Assembly (NCBI RefSeq): GCF_018350175.1
Contig: NC_058368.1
Span: 17,424,001-17,488,000, forward strand
DNA: 64,000 nucleotides
From: Felis catus
Taxonomy: Eukaryota
Direction: 5' to 3'
Shown piece by piece: positions 54,786 to 64,000 of this stretch. The notes beneath the pieces were generated by a model that searched no databases, was not told where the DNA came from, and saw nothing but the letters and a program-made list of their open reading frames with translations. Every line of letters begins with the position of its first letter. The first letter of the stretch is position 1. The position numbers and the translations under genes are program-made.

Positions 54786-55441
54786 GTATGTGTAGTAATA
54801 TCTATTAAATTGTCTTGCTAGAAATCATATTTTTGCCCATGTTCTTGCTTGTATGCTTTAAAATCAAGAGTTGCTAAATATAAGTTCTTTAATGACTTAT
54901 GAAATCACTTCTTTCTAAAAATCTTTATATTGTACTTCCGTAGAGTCGAGACATTTAATAAGAAGGCTACCGTTGTGATTTTTCCATTAACTTGTCAAGG
55001 GACTTTTCCTCTTTGTAGCGCCAGTTGTGAGACTATACTTTCAGGGATCCTTTTTTATAGTTTTTAAAACATCAGCTGCTCCTCCCAGGTTAAATGTAAA
55101 CCTCTTGTGTGAAGCCACAGAACTAACAATCTCTGAGAGTTAGTAAAATCCCTGTCTCGTTTTCCTTTACCAGTTCTCTTTCAGAAGAGATTGTGCTAAG
55201 AAACCAGAACTGCTTTGTTGCCCAAAATGCAAGATTTGCAGAAACTGCTGGTGTTAATGTTTCTGAAATCCTACCTACTGCAGCATGTCTGAAATTTTCC
55301 TTCCAAAAAACATTTTTAGTAGAGTATGTTGTAAATCAAGCACAGTTGAATTTATAGCTGTGAATGGTTTCATTGATAACTGTTTGCGTATTATTGTGGC
55401 TTAAGACAAGATAGTACCAGAGATGACTTGTGATTATAATT

Positions 55442-55547
55442 TCAGGATCTCAAGAATGAATGGGATCATAAAGACAGTATTTCTAGATAACCTGGCATTA
55501 TGTCAGGATCTCAGGAATGAATGGGATCATAAAGACAGTGTTTCTAG
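55442..55547. repeat. 45-bp direct repeat, 2 copies, 16-bp spacer
   Basis: 55442-55486 vs 55503-55547, 2 mismatches. Confidence 0.92.
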
Positions 55548-56949
55548 TATTCTTTGGCCCAGTTACATTCATGGCTTGAAGGACATCCTGTTTCTTCACT
55601 TCTGGCTAGTTCAGATGCCATTTTGGAATTAGTGAACTCTCAGTTTTTGTTAGAAGTGCTGTTACCATTTGTTCTCAGAACCCAAGAGATTTCTGAGCTT
55701 CAGCTGATAATCCATTCGTTTCAAAATGTAGTTTGGATTGTAAGATTTTGGTTAAAAAAAAAATCTGGACTGCATCTGATTTCATTGTAATACTGTAATG
55801 AAATATGGCTCTTTTCTCTCTTTTTTTCAGAATTTACTGTTAAAAGCCTTTAGTTTTTCATTTATTCCATTCATGTGATCCTTTTTTATAAAATACTTCA
55901 TTGATTCCCACAAATAAAAAGAACACACATGACCTCTTCATTCTTTCCATTATAGCTGGGTTTTTTTCATGCACAAATATGGAGACACTTTATATTCCTT
56001 CCCATTTTTTGAAGAAATACATTCCTTTAATAAAAATATGGCTGTAAATGAGCCTATAAAAAAAAAAAACCCACAAGAATGTTTTCCACTGGTAGTCTGT
56101 GTCCTTTGCCAATTTTTTAGGAACTTTGAAGGTTGCATTCTGTAATAATATTATGTTCTCTTATTATTGCTACAGACTAACTCAAGCTTTCAAATGAGGC
56201 ATAATAATAAATACACTTTTTAAGTTAGAATTGTAATGCAAGTTTGATTCACTTTATTTCCAGTAAGCTCAGTGTGTCCGATTTATCTTTTGAATGCCTA
56301 ACAGTTAGTTTCGTCTTGGTATGCCTTCAAATTGATTTCTCTTAACTACTTTATGGTTTTTTCCTATTTGTTAATACTTTATATTTTTGCTTGTAAGGAA
56401 TTTTCACTCAAAGAAGTCTTGATGTAAGTGAAAGGATATGATACTAACAATTTGGGAAGATTTATTCCCTTCTTAGGAAAAAAATGTTAATGGGTTGAAT
56501 TTGAACTTGTTTCCACTAGGAGAAAGGGTAGTTTTAAAATTTGTATTATAGTGCACTTTTTGCGCTATACTACTAAAATTTGAGTGCATATGATTGAAAT
56601 AATGATTTTCAAATATAAGTTCCTTTTCCAGTTCCTTTTTGGTTTCTTTTTGCAAGGAATGCTCCTTCAAGGTTGTATTTATGATAAAAAAGAAAATGAC
56701 CTACCTATAATTTAGCATCACAAGCTTCCTGTATAAGGAGCCAATTGTTTTGGTTTGATTTACTTGAATTTAGAATCTTACTTATTTAGGAGTACCTGAG
56801 ATTTTAATTCATAATAAGTTTGGTTGTAACTAATGAAGAAGCTCAATTAACTGTTTAATTCTAGTACATTTTTGCTCCCTGCTTACTTGAAAAACGTGGA
56901 TGTTTGGACAGTGGTTGTATTTGTGAAGTGTGTGTGTTTATCTTTATAG

Positions 56950-57150
56950 GATCCTATGGTCATACTATTAAAAAATACAATTCCTTTGGTGATCTTGTTC
57001 AAGTGTTGGGTACCCCAGGCAAGAAAGGCACTGGTTTGACTCCCCTACAGTTTGATAACCCCGCAGAATTGTATGTAGACGACACAGGAGATATTTACAT
57101 CGTGGATGGAGACGGAGGATTGAATAACAGATTGATCAAATTGTCCCAAG
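56950..57150 (+). CDS. NHLRC3: NHLRC3 exon 4 ([26 protein letters not shown]...[10 protein letters not shown])
   Basis: TAG/GT boundaries, 201 nt; lies inside ORF 56904..57197; NHL repeat. Confidence 0.95.
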
Positions 57151-58099
57151 GTACCTGGCTTAGCTTTGCATGGCATTATAAGAATGTTATTCAATAAGTT
57201 GCATTGCTTTAGTTTGCTTGATACTTGGTAAATATCATAACTGTTGCATGTTGTATATGAAGCTGTGTGTAAAGGGCTCAAGTGAGATGTGTGGGATGGC
57301 CAATAATAAATGGTGCTGATGATAGGCTTGCTTAATTCTCAAAAGGTAGGCGTTTGCTTTGAATGAAACTGGAAGCACTTTGGGGATTTATAGTGGGCTC
57401 AAGAAGTAAGTGGTTATCCTGTCCAGTTCCGAATAAGGAGATTGGGAACCTGACATCCCAGAGCTGAGGTATCCTTCAGTTTGATCAGCTAAAGTTTGTG
57501 TTTGTATTTTACTGTTGTTGTGTCCTCAGTCGTATTCTAGGTGCAGGTCTATTTCAGATGAAACCGTTAAATGGTACTCTGCGGTATTGATAAAGTAAAA
57601 TGAGACTAGGAGGAGAAACTTCTGTTGACTGGAGAAGTAGGGCAAGGGTTCCTAAAAGAAGTAGTTCTTGAACTACACTGATTTTGGTGGGAGGAGAAGG
57701 GAGATGGGAGGAACGTTCACCAAGGTCTACAAGTGGTAATTAGCAAGTTTTCCAGGAAAGGAGCTTAGGATGTAATTTTTGAATAGTAGAAAGTACGATT
57801 TGGGATGTTGAAGGCTTATCAAAGAATTTTGAAGCCATAATTTTGCCTTTAAAATGTCTGAGGTTTTTTAGTGGGAAGGTGATGTTACAGAAGCAGTGTT
57901 TACAATAGACACTGTACCGAGATATATTTGCAGTAAGCGCTGTCATTTGGACACGATATAAACCCCTACATGGAAGCTGTGTAGTCAGCTTATCACCCAG
58001 TAACTGAGTTTGGTTGGTGATAGTTAAAGGGAGGTGACGTAGGGATAAAGCAAGACTCAAAAAATTCTATGAAAGAAACAACCAAACTCAGGAGACAGA

Positions 58100-58750
58100 T
58101 TGAATGGCTGTGATAAAAAAAATTGCCACAGGGGCACCTGGGTCGCTCGGTCGGTTAAGCATCTGACTTCGGCTCAGGTCACGATCTCGAGGTTTATGAG
58201 TTTGAGCCCTTTTGGGGCTGCTGCTGTCAGCACAGAGCCCACTTTGGATCCTCTGTCCACCTCTTCTCCACCCCTCCCCCACTTGCGCTCGTGCACTCTC
58301 TCCTTCTCTCTCTCTCAAAACTAAATATCTTTTTAAAAAAATCGCCACAAACTAAATGGCTTAAATGGAAATGTTTTCTCTCGTAGTTTTGGAATCCAGA
58401 AGTCTGAATCTAATGGGCAGGCCATGCTCCCTCTAATGGCACGAGAGGAGAATCCCTCTTTGCCTCTCCGGCTTCCCGTGGCTCCAGACATTCCTTGGCT
58501 TGGGGCAGCATATCTCCAGTCTCTGCCTCTGTCTTCAGATGGCTTTCTTTTCTGTGTGTGTCTGTGTCTCAAATCTCCCTCTCCTTTCTCTTACAAGGAC
58601 ACTAGTCATTGGATTTAGGGTCCACCCTAAATCTAGGATCATCTCTTCACAAGATCCCTAACTTCATTGTATCTCCAAGACTCTGTGTCCAATAAAGTCA
58701 CATTTACAGATACAGGAGTACCTGTGACTCGGGCTTGGGCATATCTTTAG
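58100..58750 (-). mobile_element. MaLR LTR (MLT1-like) interrupted by a plus-strand SINE (58131-58341)
   Basis: CCACAAACT..TGGCTTAAA and AAGGACACTAGTCATTGGATTTAGGG motifs; SINE TSD AAAAAAAT(T/C)GCCACA. Confidence 0.7.
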
Positions 58751-59162
58751 GGGTAGAGGTAATAGGGGTAGAGGTAATAAAGGAGACAGACTATGAAAAC
58801 AATGTGAATTTTTAAGCTCAGAGGAATTGTAATACCAAATAACTGATTAGTTAGGAAGGGGTATCAGTTTGAGGGAGATGTTGACATGAATCACAGCAGT
58901 GGTTTTGAGTGGTAAAAGATTCAAGTGGAGATAGTCATTAAAGAAGTCGATTAATTGCTTGAAACAGAGAAGGAATTTTTTTTTCTGGTAAAGCATAAGA
59001 ATTAAACAAAGTGGTACACAAACAGAAAGCCAGTAAAGCATAATCAATTGGAGGTATAATTGAAGAGTTTGTTTGCAACTTAAGACATAAAATATAACAT
59101 GCAAATGTGTCAGGTATTCTATATGTTGCTCTGACCAACTAACTATGTTTACCACTGTCCAG

Positions 59163-59254
59163 ATTTTATGATACTTTGGCTGCATGGAGAACGGGGGACA
59201 GGGCCTGCCAAGTTCAACATACCTCACAGCGTTACAGTTGATTCGGCTGGTCGG
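59163..59254 (+). CDS. NHLRC3: NHLRC3 exon 5 ([30 protein letters not shown])
   Basis: CAG/GT boundaries, 92 nt. FNIPHS NHL motif. Confidence 0.94.
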
Positions 59255-59297
59255 GTAAAAAATACACTCTCGTTGTATCTGGAACTGTGTATCTAAA

Positions 59298-59327
59298 TGT
59301 GTGTGTGTGTGTGTGGGGGGGTGTATG

Positions 59328-59368
<41 letters not shown>
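59298..59368. repeat. Compound (TG)n and (AT)n microsatellite
   Basis: Read directly from the sequence. Confidence 0.95.
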
Positions 59369-59370
<2 letters not shown>

Positions 59371-61860
59371 TGGTGCACATGTGTGTTTCTGGACGTATAA
59401 ATTACGTATGAATGTTTGTGGTTGTGTGTATCTGGGTATATCTGGGCAGTTCCTGTGGGGCTGGGTATACCCACGTACTCTTACAAATGTTTGGGTCCCA
59501 TACTGGAGAGAGTTCCCCAAATATTTAAAAAGAACAAAATAGATTTTCTATGTCACTTAAAGGTAGAAGGAACAAATAAAGGAATAGAACATAAGTAACC
59601 TGAAGAAGAAATGAGTCACCCTCCCACTAAGAAAACTACGATGTGTTTGAATATATTTTTAACTTGAGAATTCAATTCATTCTAGAATATGTTGACCAAA
59701 AGGGAGAAGGGAGAGCTTAACCTTGGAAGCTTGAAAACAAGAGCCACCTTGGCAAGCTCTGTTCTCACTAGCTCCAGTGTGGGGAACAGAACACTTTAAC
59801 TGATGCATTTCAACCCATTTCTTTTTCCCACCCGTCTCTTTTGCACACCGTTAAGCATACATACCACTTCTTTGGGGTTACTTTCCCCAAACCAAACCCC
59901 ACCCAAAATGTTACCTTAGTTTTTCCTGTTTTCCTATAGTGGCCTGTACTTCCCCCATTATAGTAACTGTCACACTATCGTATCAATTCACTGTCTCCCT
60001 TGACAGCGTGTAGGCTGTATGAGGGCACGTACTGAGTCTCTTTTGCTTTATATCTGGGCGTCTGGCACATACTGGTCATCTTACATGTAACTGAAGTGAC
60101 TAAAGGACTTACTACACACACAATAGATGCATCAGACAATCTTGGCTTCATACCGTTAGAAATTTAATCCGTTTCCACTTCTGGCTCTGTGTTTAGCACG
60201 CAACCTTCTGATTGTGATTTGGCTTCCTGTGTAGACAAAATGAGAATGTTTTAATCATAAAATCTTCAGGTAGTTCTCAGTGTAGATAGGAAGATAACTG
60301 AACATGTGAATTTTGTCTGTAAATGGGGAGCTAGAAAGTTGGAATTCTGGTTTTAAACACATTACCCTGCTGAGCCTGGTTAACTTCTCCCTTTGTGGGA
60401 TAAGAACAAGATCAAGTTTCTGAGCAGGCAAGACTTAGACCCTGGTAAATCCTCCACAGTGATAAGTGCCCTTTTGAGAGGCCTTGGAGAACATTTGATG
60501 GACATCCTCTGGCATTACTGAATGATGAGAAATGAGAATGTTCATTTCCGCACACTTGTGTTTTAACCACAGTCATGCTGTTCTGAACGTTTTATGTGAT
60601 TGACTCAGTCATCATCCAAGCCTATGTGAAAAGTTCATTAGGTCCAGAGTTAAACTTGCCGGTGTTTCTTAAACAAGATTTCTCAGATTTTGTTCACTAG
60701 GAAAGATAACGCTAACAATCTAAAGTATTATTCAGTCTTATGACCTAAACTGTATTTCTTCCTTGGTCACTCATCTAAGACAGTAATCCCAAAATCTTTA
60801 AGGAAATCCATCCTTACTAAAGAATCACGAATCAGGAAAAGGTCTTGAGAAATTGCCTTACATAGAGATCAACAACCTCTCTAAAGTGAAACAGTTTATT
60901 TGTGTCTTATTGTAGATGAATTTAGTGGCTACTGAAACTCAAACATACTGACAAATACATAGTTAGGGTTACCTTGAAGAAACAGTCCCTGAATCCACAA
61001 AGCCAAGATCCTGAAAGGAGAAGAAGGTAGAGGTCAGTGGGGCAGGCCCATACTTCCAGTCCAGTGTTACATACCCCTCTATAATCCTAGCTGCATGTCA
61101 TAAAATGATTTCGCTGTATGTATGCTGTAGGTTGCATGTATCAGATATAGTACGTGAGATGCCATTTAACGTGAATCTACTCTCCTGTTTTATGACAGTA
61201 GTTTCCTTAGTAACTCATACCACCCTATAGCAAAACGGAATTAAACCTGTCGTTAGCCTACTGTCATTCTTAAAAGTTACTGAAGTCTTCTAAGCTTCCT
61301 CTTCCAGTGGGTTGGCACTTTGGACATGCCTTGCTAAATAGCAGGTGGATGTTTAGTGATACTGCGAGAGGAATGAATACCCTAGCCTGGGCTCCTGAGG
61401 AACAAGGCTGTGTTTCTTTCTTTTTGTCTTCTAACCTAGCCCTGGAACTGGCAGGGTGGCAGTACTCAGCCGGAAGGTGAATGCCTGTGAGAGGAACGGA
61501 TGAATTCTGTCCCTCCTCAGTGTTGCTCATGTTCCGCATCATGACGGAGGACTCCGGTTTTCTTGTTATTCGGGTGCTTGGTAGAGCGGGCAGAGTACTG
61601 TGTGTGGGATTTGAGTTGAGACAGGTGGCCTAAAGTGGCTCTCCCACGTATTGGAAGCTCACTTCAAACAAGGGATTTAAACTTTCTGAACTTTAATTTC
61701 CTGTCTGAAGATAGGGCTGACCTTCTTTGAGGCCCTCTGAGAACCGCATGAGATGATGTATGGGAAACCAGTAGAAATAAACATCCATCCCGCCCCTCTC
61801 CCTTTTTGTTTTCTCATTATATGTGGATCTTTTCCAAAAAACATTTTTTTGCTTTCTCAG

Positions 61861-61973
61861 GTATGGGTTGCTGACCGAGGAAATAAAAGAATTCAAGTAT
61901 TTGATAAAGACACTGGGGAGTGGTTAGGAGCATGGAATAATTGTTTCACAGAAGAGGGACCTTCTTCAGTCAG
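61861..61973 (+). CDS. NHLRC3: NHLRC3 exon 6 ([38 protein letters not shown])
   Basis: CAG/gtaac boundaries, 113 nt. [12 protein letters not shown] is a canonical NHL motif. Confidence 0.95.
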
Positions 61974-62575
61974 GTAACATTTTCCTTTTTTTTTTTTTTT
62001 TTTTTTTTTTAATGCTTTTTTAAAATCTGATTTATGTTTGCTTCTCTGAAGAGCTAGCTGAAACGTTAAAATATTATTTTCAGAAGGTGGAACAGGAACA
62101 GAAACAAGTTTGCAGAGAATACATAACCATATTTCAGATCCCAAGCAGAGGAAGAAAAGCAGTTAAAGTCCCAGTGCACTGTGGGGTCGGGGTGTCGGAT
62201 AACATATGCTGGACCTCCTACAGCTCTCACCCTCAGGGTACATGTGGTGAATTTTTAAACGTAGAACGAAAATAGAAATCTGGAGTCTGTAGTGTCAGCC
62301 TAGCACCGACTCTCCTGTCCGTTAGTTTCATTTTGTGTGGTTCTCGCGTATTACTTTTTGTTGTTGTTCAGGCTATTCTTTGGCTACGTCTACCCTCACA
62401 AATCTTTATTTCCTCATAAACAGAATTAGACAAACTTAAATTCTCCTCGAAAGCAACCTTCAGCAAGTGTAGGTGCCTATTGTTGTTAAGCGTTGTAGGG
62501 GAGAAAAGTGTTGAAGAAGTCAACATTTATATTGATCTTGCATACATTTATTCTGTAAAATGTCTCTGTCCTTAG

Positions 62576-62831
62576 ATTTACTCCTGACGGGAAGTACGTG
62601 ATCGTAGCCCAGCTGAATCTCAGCAGGGTCTTACTGGTGGCCGCACCCCCAGTGGGAAGCATTGGCAACTGTTCCGTGATCAACACAATCCAACTAGCAG
62701 ACCAGGTTTTACCTCATCTCTTAGATGTCAGCGGGAAGACTGGAGCCATCTATGTAGCAGAAATCGGAGCAAAGCAAGTGCAAAAATATGTCCCAGTGGA
62801 GGGCCATTTTCCTTTGTTCACACATTCATAA
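62576..62831 (+). CDS. NHLRC3: NHLRC3 exon 7, coding part ([16 protein letters not shown]...[13 protein letters not shown])
   Basis: TAG acceptor, 256 nt to TAA. Spliced CDS totals 1047 nt (348 aa). Confidence 0.94.
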
Positions 62832-63749
62832 TGTTTCTTTTCCCAGAGATGTTTCAAGTGGAAGTTCAGATTCTCAAATTCATTGCCATGTCCTTACAAA
62901 TAACGTTCAGGCACCAGTATTTGCTTCTTTATTTTCCCATGATCTAGTGATGAGAAGAATCTGTTCTTATATCCTTCAGAACCATATGTTTTGTTGCTGT
63001 TCTCATGACTTAGTTTTACTTGTAAGTGCATAAGGCTATTTTAACGAAGGAAATGTAATTCTAAAAAATGGGATCTGAAAGAGGGACTAAGACCATAAGG
63101 TAGGTATTTGCCCAGGTAGATTAATCCTCCCTGGGGGGAAGAGGGAAAGGAATAAAAACAGGTTTTGCAGGATATATTGAACTTCACATGAAGGACTACA
63201 GTTTGTTCACCTTATATAAAATGTACCTTTTGAGCGATTAAGTCAGATGGGCTCTTGATCAATGAGTACCCACAGGATGCTAGCTCCTAAAGATTCAGAG
63301 AGGAAGAATCAGGACTTACCTGTGTGAGCCTGTTCAGTAGCATCTAGTCCAGTGGGAGACAAGTGTGCAAACTGATACAAGCGTGTCAGCAGGCCTCAAG
63401 CGTGTCTTGTAGGAACATTACATCTGACAGAGAGAATCCTGGAGATTTTGCGGGGAAAGTCCATTCGAGCTCCCAACTTAAACCAAAGAGGGGAAAACAA
63501 GGTGGTCCACATGGACAAGCTGTAAAAAGTTACAGACTTGCTGAGAACCCTGATAGGCTTTCTTTTAAAAGCCCAGCTTGGCCTGGGTCCTTCAGCTGTA
63601 AGATACTTTGTCTCAGCCTCTAAATGTAGGAATAAAACAGCAGGCATTTAAGCACTTTACTGAAAGGGATCTTTACAAGTACTAACTGGGATGTTTTTTA
63701 ATTAAAGGTACGACTGAAAATAGGGCCCTTCATTCCTTTTTTCCTCCTT

Positions 63750-63792
63750 CCCTCCCTCCCTCCCTCCCTCCCTCCCTCCCTCCCTCCCTCCC
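63750..63792. repeat. (CCCT)n repeat
   Basis: Read directly from the sequence. Confidence 0.95.
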
Positions 63793-64000
63793 TTCCTTAT
63801 CTTCTTTTTTTAAAACATGAACTCAGTTCATTCCTAACATCTGTCTACCTCAAAGAAGTTTTAGAATTGTATATATGGGGATCTGTTAAGGTGAATAATT
63901 TCTTAGCTTTCTATTTCTACGTCTCTCTACCCTTTGGTCTGAATACCGGATGAAAGACCGTCTTTTCGGTTCTAGTTTATTCTAGGTTCTGTTCAGACCT

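Noticed and set aside
55442..55547. Repeat-spacer-repeat pattern as a CRISPR-like array
   Set aside because: Only two copies in a mammalian intron with no cas genes.
59163..59254. Apparent loss of an N-glycosylation sequon in NHLRC3 (HGERGTG)
   Set aside because: Depends on my memory of the human sequence; the frame is intact and no consequence can be supported.

Overview
Mammalian, almost certainly felid, genomic DNA: it is full of tRNA-derived carnivore SINEs of the SINEC_Fc type. It covers the STOML3-PROSER1-NHLRC3 locus. I read the exons by hand using GT-AG boundaries and checked phase continuity. (i) STOML3, minus strand: coding exons 1-4 and the start of exon 5; the gene runs off the left edge. 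(ii) PROSER1, minus strand: complete, 13 coding exons, 2841 nt, 946 aa, including a 1783-bp Pro/Ser-rich exon. (iii) NHLRC3, plus strand: complete, 7 coding exons, 1047 nt, 348 aa, head-to-head with PROSER1 across a CpG island. Gene identities rest on my recall of the orthologous proteins, not on a database search. The rest is SINEs, L1/L2 fragments, LTRs, DNA transposons and microsatellites; repeat family names and boundaries are approximate. I found no new protein-coding system. The most notable unexplained structures are: a 351-bp, 97%-identical inverted duplication (SINE plus its flank) fused to a truncated L1 and bracketing STOML3 exons 2-3; a candidate STOML3 cassette exon with its own ATG, in frame with an overlapping uORF; a young SINE inserted next to a PROSER1 3' splice site; and a strongly GC/CpG-shifted patch in the large PROSER1 exon.
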